A stretch of DNA of 53,973 nucleotides from Myxococcales bacterium. GTDB lineage: Bacteria; Myxococcota_A; Polyangia; Polyangiales; Polyangiaceae. The position numbers and the translations under genes are program-made. Positions within the stretch are counted from its first letter, which is position 1. Every line of letters begins with the position of its first letter. Under the pieces are notes generated by a model that did not search any database, had not been told where the DNA came from, and saw nothing but the letters and a program-made list of their open reading frames with translations. Shown here piece after piece: positions 25,437 to 34,563 of this stretch. Where the stretch lies: assembly GCA_043747615.1 (NCBI GenBank), contig JAYTOU010000043.1, forward strand, positions 1 to 53,973, read 5' to 3'.

Positions 25437-27851
25437 ATGGCGGATGAGGAGGAGACCGAGCGCTCATCGATGTCACTTCACGACTTCGATCCACTGTCGC
25501 GGGCTTTCCTCGACGATCCGTACCCCGCGTTCAAGCGGCTGCGTGACGAGTCGCCGGTGCATTTCGTCGCGTCACGCAAGATCTGGGTCGTGACCCGCTA
25601 CACGGACGTGGTCGCAGCGGCGCGCAACCACGCGGTGTTCTCTTCGACCGGCGGCGTCGGGTACGACTGGAATTCCCGGCCGATGATGCCGATGTACGAT
25701 CCCCCGGCGCACAGCCGCATGCGACGGATGGTCGCCAAACGCTTCGCACCGAATGCGATCGGGGCGATCAAGCCGCGCATCGAAGAGTCCGTCGACGAGA
25801 TCGTCGAGCGCGCGTTGAAAGCGGAGACGATCGATGTCGTAGCAGATCTCGCGCTACCGCTCTCTCTCGCGACGATCGCAGAGCTTTTGGGCATCCCGGC
25901 GCGGCATCGAGGGAGGCTTCGTCGCTGGTCGGCGGGAACGCTGGACGATCTTGCGGGGGGCCTCGGAGGCGCGGATGCGCGGCGCGCCGACGAGCTGCGG
26001 CGCGAGTTCAACGCCTATCTTTTGTCCCTCATCGAGGAGCGCCGCGCCGCGCTCGACGCGGGGGGAGGCCAAGGAACCGACGTGATCACTGCGCTGATCG
26101 CAGCCCACGAGGACGAGAAGCTCTCGCAGCAGGAGCTCGTTGCTTTCTGCGTGCTGCTCGTCGTTGCAGGTTTCGAGACGACCGTGAACGCCATCGCCAA
26201 CGGCACGCTCGCCTTGCTCGACAACCCCGCGCAGCTCGAGAAGCTGCGCAACGACACCTCTCTTCTGCCGGGCGCTGTCGAAGAGATGGTGCGCTACGAC
26301 GGTCCGGTCCTTTCGTTCTTTCGCAATACGCTCTCCGACACGAAGATTGGAGACACCGCGATTCCAAAGGATTCGAAGGTGATGCTCGCCTTCGCGTCCG
26401 CCAACCGCGATGAAAGGCGATACCCCGACCCGGACACGTTCCTCATCGATCGCGACACGACCGACCATGTCGCCTACGGCGCAGGCGTCCATTTCTGCCT
26501 CGGTGCTCCGCTCGCGCGGCTGCAGCTCACGACGCTCTTCGGGGCGCTCCTCGACAAGACCGGCACGATCGCGCGCCTGAGCCCCGCAGTGAGGACGGCA
26601 AGCGTTCTTTTTCGCGGAGTGAAGACGTTAGCCGCGCGGATTGTGTCGGGCACCGCGGGCAATGACTCCGACGTTTCGGCCCAGCGTGCGCTCGTTCATA
26701 CGGGCACCAGAGCGAAGCGGATCGAGCCGTTCCGAGTCGAGGTCGAGGAATCTGTCCTCACCGACCTTCGCGAACGGCTGCAACGAGTGCGCTGGCCAGA
26801 CGAGGTCGAGTGGCCGGCGTGGGACTACGGAACGCCGCGGGCATTCATGGAGCCGCTCGTCGCCCATTGGCGCGATCACTACGACTGGCGCGTGCACGAG
26901 GCGGCACTGAACGAGCTGCCGCACTTTCGTGCGACGATCGACGATCTTTCGATTCATTTCGTTCACGTCAAATCGAGGAGCCCGAACGCGACGCCCCTCT
27001 TGCTGCTCCATGGATGGCCAGGTCCATTCAATCTCTTCAAACGCGTGCTCGAGCCACTCGCGAATCCAATGGATGGTGGGCGCGCATTCGATCTCGTCGT
27101 CGGCTCGCTGCCGGGTTTTCCGTTCTCGGGAACCCCTCGCCAGCGCGGCATGGGAACGATGGCGATGGCCGACGTGTTTGCGCAGCTGATGAAGGAGCTC
27201 GGTTACGACCGCTACGGCGTCGTCGGCGAGGATTGGGGCGCGGGCATCGCAAGCCGACTCGGCCTCGCGTACCCCGAGCGCATCATCGGGATTCACCTCA
27301 ATACCGCGCACGAGAACCCGCCGCGCGATCAAATGACGACCCTGAGCGCGGACGAGCGAGCGTGGCAGGTCGAAGTGGCGCGCATCCGCAATCGTTCGTT
27401 CGCTCACGTTCCGGCTCACGAATGGCAGCCGCAGTCGCTGGCCTATGGCCTGACGGACTCGCCGGTCGGACTCGCCGGGTGGCTAGTGGACAAGTATCGC
27501 GCGGGCAGCGACTGCGACGGCAATGTCGAGAAGCGCTTTTCGAAAGACGAGCTCCTCACGAACATCATGCTGTACTGGGTGACAGGCGCGATCGGACCGT
27601 CTCTGCGCGTCTTTTACGAATCACGCCAGCTCCGATGGTCTCTCGGGGTCGGCGAGCGCATCAACGTGCCTACGAGCATTGCGCACTGCAAGCACGCGGT
27701 GCTGATCCCGCCGCGCCAATGGATCGAACGGGTCTACGATCTTCGGAGGCTCACAATGATCCCTGCGGGGGCTTACTTTGGTGCGTGGGAAGAGCCGACG
27801 GCAATCTCGGACGACGTGCGCTCGTTCTTCGACGAGCTCGAGGCACGATGA
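25437..27851 (+). CDS. Cytochrome P450 - epoxide hydrolase (EHN + alpha/beta hydrolase) fusion protein
   Basis: P450 at about 25470-26640: AGFETT, EEMVR, SANRDE, YGAGVHFCLGAPLAR (heme Cys 26496-26498). EH at about 26715-27851: IEPFRVEV...LTDLRERL...WPDE...WDYG, HGWP, GEDWG, PQSLAYGLTDSPVGL. One continuous ORF. Confidence 0.9.
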   Translation: MADEEETERSSMSLHDFDPLSRAFLDDPYPAFKRLRDESPVHFVASRKIWVVTRYTDVVAAARNHAVFSSTGGVGYDWNSRPMMPMYDPPAHSRMRRMVAKRFAPNAIGAIKPRIEESVDEIVERALKAETIDVVADLALPLSLATIAELLGIPARHRGRLRRWSAGTLDDLAGGLGGADARRADELRREFNAYLLSLIEERRAALDAGGGQGTDVITALIAAHEDEKLSQQELVAFCVLLVVAGFETTVNAIANGTLALLDNPAQLEKLRNDTSLLPGAVEEMVRYDGPVLSFFRNTLSDTKIGDTAIPKDSKVMLAFASANRDERRYPDPDTFLIDRDTTDHVAYGAGVHFCLGAPLARLQLTTLFGALLDKTGTIARLSPAVRTASVLFRGVKTLAARIVSGTAGNDSDVSAQRALVHTGTRAKRIEPFRVEVEESVLTDLRERLQRVRWPDEVEWPAWDYGTPRAFMEPLVAHWRDHYDWRVHEAALNELPHFRATIDDLSIHFVHVKSRSPNATPLLLLHGWPGPFNLFKRVLEPLANPMDGGRAFDLVVGSLPGFPFSGTPRQRGMGTMAMADVFAQLMKELGYDRYGVVGEDWGAGIASRLGLAYPERIIGIHLNTAHENPPRDQMTTLSADERAWQVEVARIRNRSFAHVPAHEWQPQSLAYGLTDSPVGLAGWLVDKYRAGSDCDGNVEKRFSKDELLTNIMLYWVTGAIGPSLRVFYESRQLRWSLGVGERINVPTSIAHCKHAVLIPPRQWIERVYDLRRLTMIPAGAYFGAWEEPTAISDDVRSFFDELEAR

Positions 27852-27867
27852 GTGCTGCGTTCGCCCG

Positions 27868-28893
27868 TTACAGCGGCTTTCTGGCGATCTGAAGGGCCAT
27901 GCCGGGAAGCGCGTCGAGCGCCGGGAGCGGCTCGAGTCTCGCCGCGCGCTGCCACTCGGCCATCTGCTTCGGTGACCATAGGGTGGAGTTGCAGATGAGC
28001 GCCATGAGCATCGCGATGAACGCGTAGGCCTGCCCGCCAAGGCTCGTATGCGGCTCCATGTACGTGTCGATGAGGACGTGGTGGCCTCCCGGGCGAAGAG
28101 CACGCGCCGCGCGCTTCACGAGATCGGCGTTCTCGTCGCCGCTGAGCACGTGATTCAAGCCCGCTTCCGCGACGACGTCGTAGATGCCCTCTCCGAAATC
28201 GGTCGTGCGCGCGTCGCCGACGAGGTGAACCACGCGGTCTCCCATCCCATCGGCGGCGAGCAGCGGCGCGGACGCCTGGACCGCACCCGGGAGATCGACC
28301 ACCACCGCTCGCAGCTGCGGATACTTCCTACACAGCAAGACCGACAAATGTCCGTGCCCTCCCCCAATGTCGAGGAGCGTGCACGGCCCCTCGGGGATCG
28401 GAACGAAGTCGACGAAGAAAGGCATCCACAGGTGCGCGGCCGCGGACATGGCCTCCTCGTAGATCCGCCAATTTTCCGCCGTCATGTTGCGGTGAATGTC
28501 GATGCCGCGGTCCGAGCGCAGAAAACCCTCGAGCTGCGCGTGCCACTCCCATTCGAGTAGACCGATGCGGACGTAGTCGGCTTTGCCGGCGACGAGCCAG
28601 GTCCGTCCAAGATCCGTCAGCGCGTAGCGGTCTCGAATGCAGGTTGCGTAGTCGGTCGTTGCAAGCACGTCGAGAAGCGCCGTCGTCGCGCGCAGGTTGG
28701 TCTTGCAAGAGGCGGCGACTTCGTCCGCCGTTGCGGGCGCCCCGGCGAGTGCGTTGAAGAACCCGAGCTGGATTCCAGCCTGTAGCGAGCGGGCAAGCAG
28801 GTGGCCGACGTGGCTCTGCATCAGCGCAAGCGCCGCTTGTGACCCAACGATCTCGCGCTCCTCGGCACGCTCGGCGTCTACGAGTAGCTTCAC
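27868..28893 (-). CDS. SAM-dependent methyltransferase (O-methyltransferase family 2 with dimerisation domain)
   Basis: N-terminal winged helix, LLDIGGGHG, VVDLP, LVGD and ALRPGG. GTG 28893 overlaps the upstream stop (GTGA). Confidence 0.88.
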   Translation of the reverse strand: MKLLVDAERAEEREIVGSQAALALMQSHVGHLLARSLQAGIQLGFFNALAGAPATADEVAASCKTNLRATTALLDVLATTDYATCIRDRYALTDLGRTWLVAGKADYVRIGLLEWEWHAQLEGFLRSDRGIDIHRNMTAENWRIYEEAMSAAAHLWMPFFVDFVPIPEGPCTLLDIGGGHGHLSVLLCRKYPQLRAVVVDLPGAVQASAPLLAADGMGDRVVHLVGDARTTDFGEGIYDVVAEAGLNHVLSGDENADLVKRAARALRPGGHHVLIDTYMEPHTSLGGQAYAFIAMLMALICNSTLWSPKQMAEWQRAARLEPLPALDALPGMALQIARKPL

Positions 28894-29939
28894 GACGTGC
28901 GCCTTCCTGTTTGAACGTGGACGATGCCGCCGAGGAGAGCACGCGGAGGCGCGGGGGACAGCCCTGCTTCGCGTTGCCATGCGGTTACGTCCTCGATCGT
29001 GAAGGGACCCGCCTCACTCGTCATCGTGAGAAGCAGTGACAGGAGCGCCGCGTGCTGCCCACCGGTACGCGGTGGAGACGACGCGAAGAAGTCGACGAAG
29101 GAGAGCACTCCGCCAGGCCGCAAGGCGCGGGCGCACCGCGAGACGAGCTCCTCGGCCGCGGGTCTCGACAGATGGTGGACGACGCCCGAAGAGATGATTG
29201 CGTCGAACTGCCCGACGCCGAGATCGAAGGCGGCTGGATCGGCGGCGTACAACGTGATCCCGTCGCGCGACGGTTCGTCGGCGAGGAGCGTCTCGGCGGC
29301 GCGGATGCCGTTGACAAGGTCTACCGCCACTGCGCGCGTATCCGGGTGGGCCCGGCACGCTTCGAGCAGCAGCGGCCCGTGAGCGGCGCCGAGGTCGAGG
29401 AGCGAGCGCGCGCCGAGGGGCAGAGTCAAGGCGAGAGCGGAGCGCCCCAAGTAGGACGCCGCCCACTGCGAGCGCTTGTGGATCGACCACTGCTCTGGGG
29501 TCATCGAAGCCGCGACACGACGGTGGTCCCCGGTGCGGGCGAAGTCCAGGAGGTCGGTCGTCCAATGCATGCTCAACTCCCCGGCGAGGAGCACGTCTGC
29601 AAAGCTGTATTTCCCCGACGAAACCATGAGACGGCGGCCGTCGTCGGTCAGGCGGTAGCGCTCCGCCTCGAGGTCGAGCCTGACGAACTCCGTCGTCGCG
29701 AGTGCTTCGAGCAGCGCCGTCGTCGCGCGCACGCCGAACCCACATGAAGCGGCAGTCTCCTTCGCCGTGCTGGGGCCGTCTTTTAGCGCATCGAAGACGC
29801 CGAGGCGAAGCGCAAAATGGAGACCTCGCGCGATCTGCGCTCCGGTCAGCGTTTCCTGAAAGGCCCAGGGATGCGTCGAGAATGGGGCCTCGACCTCGGC
29901 GCGGTCGACGTCGTTCTCAGAGTGGCAGCGAAACCGCAT
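28890..29939 (-). CDS. SAM-dependent methyltransferase (O-methyltransferase family 2), divergent motif I
   Basis: Dimerisation domain (LRLGVFDALKDGP), LLDLGAAHG, VVHHL and ALRPGG. Confidence 0.82.
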   Translation of the reverse strand: MRFRCHSENDVDRAEVEAPFSTHPWAFQETLTGAQIARGLHFALRLGVFDALKDGPSTAKETAASCGFGVRATTALLEALATTEFVRLDLEAERYRLTDDGRRLMVSSGKYSFADVLLAGELSMHWTTDLLDFARTGDHRRVAASMTPEQWSIHKRSQWAASYLGRSALALTLPLGARSLLDLGAAHGPLLLEACRAHPDTRAVAVDLVNGIRAAETLLADEPSRDGITLYAADPAAFDLGVGQFDAIISSGVVHHLSRPAAEELVSRCARALRPGGVLSFVDFFASSPPRTGGQHAALLSLLLTMTSEAGPFTIEDVTAWQREAGLSPAPPRALLGGIVHVQTGRRTS

Positions 29940-30003
29940 CCTAGTCGAAGATTAAGGCCGACCGGCGACGTCGGTCAAGGCGCTGAGGGAGGGGCGGTAG
30001 CGG

Positions 30004-33000
30004 TCATGCCGAGGGATCCCGGCTGGGGGCAAGCGTGATGCGTGAGTCCGGCGCGAGCGTCTCGAGCGCAGCCGAAAGCTCCGACCTCCAGCCCGAAATG
30101 GTCTGCTCGAAGAACAACTCCTTTGCGCCTCGCACGAGGCCGATGACGCGATCGTCGACGGTGCCGAGGAGGAGCGCCAGATCGTTTCGCGCGCCCGAGT
30201 GGAGATCGACCTCGACGCGGGTCACCGTGAGCTCCCCCAGTCGCCGCGTGGGCAACGCGGAGCTTGCGCCGATGAGCGGCACGTTGAGCACGACACGCGC
30301 GAGCGAATGGTTGAAGGGGTCCGGCATGTCGAGCACCTTCGCGAGCGGTGCTGTTCCGTAGTTCTGCGCGAAGCTCACCGCTTTGCGGCAACGGGCGACG
30401 AGCTCGGCGAACGACGGCCTTCCGGCGGTGGAGACTCGAAGCGGAATCCAGTTCTGGAATCTTCCCAGCAGCCGTTCGGTCTCGGTGTGAAGGTTCCGCA
30501 GATTCATCGACGTGATGAAGGTCACGTCGTCGGTCTTCCCCCAGCGCGAGAGCAGTGCAGCGGTCAGCGTAACGAAGAGAATGAAGGGAGATACCGCCAA
30601 CGACTGAGCGTGAGCGTGGATGCGTTGACCAACCTGCTTGCTCAGCAAGAACTCTTCGTCGAAAGCCTCCGCCGCGACACGGCCTTTGCGTGGCATGTCC
30701 GTCAGCTCGAGCGGACGCGCCCCCTCGAGCGAGCTTCGCAGCGCGGCGACGTCCTCGCGACCGCGTTGCTCGAACCATTCGCGCTCCCAGGCCACGTAAT
30801 CGCGATACCGAATCGAGAGTGGCGCAAACAGTTTTTCGAATGCATTCAGGATCTCATTCAAGATCATGTCCTGGCGCGACGGATCGTGAACGAAAGCATG
30901 CCATGTCGTGAGGAGAACGTGCCGCTCGTTCGCGCGACGAATCAGATCGAAACGAATGAGTGGACGTCCATCCATCGTGAAGGGCTCGTCGCCGCGCGCA
31001 GCGCAAAAAGCCGCGACTTCGGTGTCGGTCGCTCCACGCAAGTCGTGAACGGTGAAGGGAACGTCCGACCAGGCGCACACGCGCAGTCCCGAGCCGTGCG
31101 CGGGGATCCAGCGCAAGGCCTCTTGCCCCTCGAGTGTGCTTCGCACCGCCTGGCGCAGACGCCCTTCGTCGAGCGGCCCGTGCATGTCGAGTCGCCCTGC
31201 AGCGTTCCACGTGCACGAGGGAGCGCGTTCGCTCTCCCACGCCGAATGGAGCTCTTGAACGAACGAGGCCGCTAGCGGCGCGTCATCGCTGCGAACCATC
31301 GCCGGTCCCGCCGAGCGGCCGGTCCCTTCGATCAGTGTCGAGAGGCCGGCCACTGTCGGATTGGCCATCAGCTCCCCGACCCGGATCTCGATCCCAAGGG
31401 TTTTGCGAATGCGCGCGATCAGTCGCATCGCGAGCATCGAGTGACCTCCGAGCGAGAAGAAGTCGTCTTGAATTCCGACTCGCGGAAGCGCGAGCACCTC
31501 GGCGAAGACGGTGCACAGCAGCTCTTCCCGCGCATTGCGCGGCGCGACGTACGCGGCGGTCGACCTGAAATCCGGCGCAGGCAACGCCTTGCGATCCACC
31601 TTGCCGTTCACAGTAAGCGGTAGCGCATCGAGCACGACGAGAGCGCTGGGAACCATGTGCCGCGGTAATAGTCCGCGAAGCTCGGCGTCGAGCGCTCGAG
31701 TATCGCCGGAAGAAAGCAGCGATCCGGGAGACGCCACCACATACGCAACGAGACGCTTGTCACCGTCCGTGTGTTCGTGGGCGACGACGACGACGGAACT
31801 TACGCCTTCGCGCGCGGCGAGGACAGACTCGATCTCCCCGAGCTCGACCCGCTGCCCGCGAATCTTCACTTGGTCGTCGGTGCGCCCGATGCACTCGAGC
31901 GTGCCGTCGGAGCGAATCCGCCCGAGGTCTCCTGTCCGGTACATACGCGCGCCCGAGCTCGCGGAGAACGGGTCTGGGACGAAGCGTTCGGCGGTGAGCT
32001 GAGCGAGGCGAACGTAGCCGCGTCCAACGAGATCGCCGCCGATGCAGATCTCACCGACCGCGCCAGGAAGGACCCGATCTAGCTTGGCGTCGAGCACGTG
32101 TGGAGTGACGCCGTCGAGAGCAGTCCCGATGCCAGGACGCGTTTCACCAGCAGGGACGAACGCGACGGTGGACACGCACGTGCACTCGGTGGGCCCGTAG
32201 CAATTGATGATGTGGCGGAAAGGATACGCTCGCTGCGGGACGCCGTGCATACCCTCGCCGCCGAACGACAAGACACGCAGCGAGACATTCTTCCAATCGT
32301 GCTTCAGCAGCTCCTCGCCGATCGCGGTGGGGGTAAAGAGGTGATCGAGCCGCGCGCCAACGAGCCATCCCATGAGCGCAGCTGGATCGGCGCGCACGTC
32401 GTCGGGAATGACGTTGACCGAGGCGCCGCTTATCAACGCGGGCCAGATTTCCCATACGTGGGCATCGAACGAGAGACTGGCAAATTGCCCACAGCGCCAT
32501 CCCGGCTCGGTGCCACACAAGCGAGCGGCTTCGCGTGCGAAGTGCGTTAGCTGGCGGTGCGCGATACCAGTAGCTTTGGGGCGTCCCGTTGAGCCAGACG
32601 TGTAGATGACGTAAGCCAACCCCTCTGTCGCGACAGGCTTCGGATTGTCGGGTGACTCCGCGGCCCACTCCGCCGCATCGCGGTGCAGATGAATCGTGGT
32701 CTCCACCGAAAGGTCGTCGGTCACCTCCGCCGTGGTGAGCAGCACTGGTGCTCCGGAGTCGCTCAGCATGAAAAGCAGGCGGTCTCGCGGGTACGTTGGA
32801 TCGAGCGGCAGGTACGCTCCGCCCGCCTTCATCACGGCGAGGATCGCTATCATCATCTCGAGTGAGCGTTCCGCGCGGACGCCGACGAGTGTGTCTATCC
32901 CCACTCCGCGTCGCTGCAAGTAGGCTGCGAGCCGATTCGATTCCTCGTTCAGCTCGCCGTAGGTCAGCTCACGCCCTGCCATAGAGACCGCGATGGCCTC

Positions 33001-34563
33001 CGGACTCCGTGCGACGCGCGCTTCGAAGAGCTCGTGCACGCACGACGTAACTCCGTAGTCGAGTTTCGTCACCGTGCGCATCGAGCCCCCGCGTTGGCTC
33101 TCGATCTGCAAGCAGTCGCCCGTAGTCATTGCCTCGAGCGCCTGTATCGGCAGCTCAGGGTGCGCGACTGCATCGGCGAGAAGGACGCTATACCGCTCTG
33201 CAAACCTCTCGGCCGTGGAGCGGTCGAAGAGCGCCGCGTCGTACTCGAGTGCCGCGCGGACATCGGCGCCGCGTTCTTCGAAGTATAGAGTCATGTCGAA
33301 CTTCGAAACTTCGAGCGCGAAACCCTCTGCGGAGGTGGACGTGCCCACGAACGTCGATTCGTTCGGCGACAAACGGAGATGCGCGAACATGACCTGGACG
33401 ATCGGCGTGCGGCTCATGTCGCGCGGTGGGTGCAGCTCCTCGACGAGCTTCTCGAATGGTACGTCTTGATGATCGTACGCGCCGAGGGAGCTTTCTTTGA
33501 CGCGCTGGATGACGTCGTGGAACGTCGGGTGCCCGTCGAGCTTCGTTCGAAGGGCGAGCGTGTTGACGAAGAACCCGATCATTCCTTCGAGCTCGGTGTG
33601 CGTGCGGTTTGCGATGGGGCATCCAACGACGACGTCGGTCTGCCCCGTATGCCGCGCAAGCAAGATGTTGAACGCGGCGAGCATCACCATGAACGTGGTG
33701 GCGTTTTCGCGCTGTGCGAGATCGGCGACCGCTTGGCCAATACCGGGCGGGAGAGCGATCGAGACGCTGGAGCCGTGGTACTGTTTTGTGGCGGGACGCG
33801 GGCGATCCGTCGGTAGCTCGACCGCCGTGGGCGCACCGCGCAGTTGCTTCTTCCAGTAGGTGACCTGTCTTTCGAGCGCGTCACCCGACATCGCCGTGCG
33901 TTGCCACGCGGCAAAGTCCGCATACTGGAGCGGCAGCTCTGCGAGGGGCGAAGGCCGCCCGTGCTGAAAAGCCTCGTAGAGCGCCCGGAGCTCTCGCTCG
34001 ACGACGCCGACCGACCATCCATCGGTGACGATGTGGTGCATTACGAGGATGAATACGTGTACGTCGGACGCAAGCCGAAGGAGCGTCGAGCGGACTAGCG
34101 GCCCGCGCGCGAGATCAAAAGGTCTATGAATCTCGGCTTGGATTTGCTCGCGGAGATGCGCTTCGTCTTCCGCAGCGACGATCGTCAGCGGAACGTCCAT
34201 CGCCGCGTGGACGATTGGCTGCAGCCTCCCGTCCACCTCCTCAAGCGTCGTGCGCAACACCTCGTGCCGGCGCACGATCTCCGTGATGCTGCGCGCGAGC
34301 GCGTCCGCGCTGAGAGGGCCGCGCACCCGCAGAGCGATCGGCACGTTGTAGGTCGGCGCGTTCGGATCGAGCTGCGCGAGAAACCAGAGCCGCTCTTGCG
34401 CGAATGACGCGGCGAGCGGGCCGTCGCGCGCGATTCGAGCCATCGGCACCCGTACCTGCGCGGGGCTGTGATCGCGGGTGCCTTGGGTGCGCTCGAGCAC
34501 ACGCGCGCGCGCCTCCGGCGATAAGGCGTTGAGCTCGCCGCGTAGGTCGAACTTTTTTTTCAT
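30004..34563 (-). CDS. Non-ribosomal peptide synthetase, C-A-T-C* (terminal degenerate condensation domain, no TE)
   Basis: SFAQERLWFL and HHIVTDGWS (C). YTSGSTGRPK, YGPTE, YRTGD and NGKVDR (A). FFSLGGHSML (T). C-terminal C-like domain with ASFVQE, HAFVHDP, YRDYVAWE and GRFQNWIPLR. Confidence 0.95.
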   Translation of the reverse strand: MKKKFDLRGELNALSPEARARVLERTQGTRDHSPAQVRVPMARIARDGPLAASFAQERLWFLAQLDPNAPTYNVPIALRVRGPLSADALARSITEIVRRHEVLRTTLEEVDGRLQPIVHAAMDVPLTIVAAEDEAHLREQIQAEIHRPFDLARGPLVRSTLLRLASDVHVFILVMHHIVTDGWSVGVVERELRALYEAFQHGRPSPLAELPLQYADFAAWQRTAMSGDALERQVTYWKKQLRGAPTAVELPTDRPRPATKQYHGSSVSIALPPGIGQAVADLAQRENATTFMVMLAAFNILLARHTGQTDVVVGCPIANRTHTELEGMIGFFVNTLALRTKLDGHPTFHDVIQRVKESSLGAYDHQDVPFEKLVEELHPPRDMSRTPIVQVMFAHLRLSPNESTFVGTSTSAEGFALEVSKFDMTLYFEERGADVRAALEYDAALFDRSTAERFAERYSVLLADAVAHPELPIQALEAMTTGDCLQIESQRGGSMRTVTKLDYGVTSCVHELFEARVARSPEAIAVSMAGRELTYGELNEESNRLAAYLQRRGVGIDTLVGVRAERSLEMMIAILAVMKAGGAYLPLDPTYPRDRLLFMLSDSGAPVLLTTAEVTDDLSVETTIHLHRDAAEWAAESPDNPKPVATEGLAYVIYTSGSTGRPKATGIAHRQLTHFAREAARLCGTEPGWRCGQFASLSFDAHVWEIWPALISGASVNVIPDDVRADPAALMGWLVGARLDHLFTPTAIGEELLKHDWKNVSLRVLSFGGEGMHGVPQRAYPFRHIINCYGPTECTCVSTVAFVPAGETRPGIGTALDGVTPHVLDAKLDRVLPGAVGEICIGGDLVGRGYVRLAQLTAERFVPDPFSASSGARMYRTGDLGRIRSDGTLECIGRTDDQVKIRGQRVELGEIESVLAAREGVSSVVVVAHEHTDGDKRLVAYVVASPGSLLSSGDTRALDAELRGLLPRHMVPSALVVLDALPLTVNGKVDRKALPAPDFRSTAAYVAPRNAREELLCTVFAEVLALPRVGIQDDFFSLGGHSMLAMRLIARIRKTLGIEIRVGELMANPTVAGLSTLIEGTGRSAGPAMVRSDDAPLAASFVQELHSAWESERAPSCTWNAAGRLDMHGPLDEGRLRQAVRSTLEGQEALRWIPAHGSGLRVCAWSDVPFTVHDLRGATDTEVAAFCAARGDEPFTMDGRPLIRFDLIRRANERHVLLTTWHAFVHDPSRQDMILNEILNAFEKLFAPLSIRYRDYVAWEREWFEQRGREDVAALRSSLEGARPLELTDMPRKGRVAAEAFDEEFLLSKQVGQRIHAHAQSLAVSPFILFVTLTAALLSRWGKTDDVTFITSMNLRNLHTETERLLGRFQNWIPLRVSTAGRPSFAELVARCRKAVSFAQNYGTAPLAKVLDMPDPFNHSLARVVLNVPLIGASSALPTRRLGELTVTRVEVDLHSGARNDLALLLGTVDDRVIGLVRGAKELFFEQTISGWRSELSAALETLAPDSRITLAPSRDPSA

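Noticed and set aside
25244..25447. 67-aa ORF upstream of the P450 as a possible RiPP (biarylitide/cittilin-like) precursor
   Set aside because: No ATG start or SD, and no YxH/YxY core. The region is better explained by a hairpin and promoter elements.
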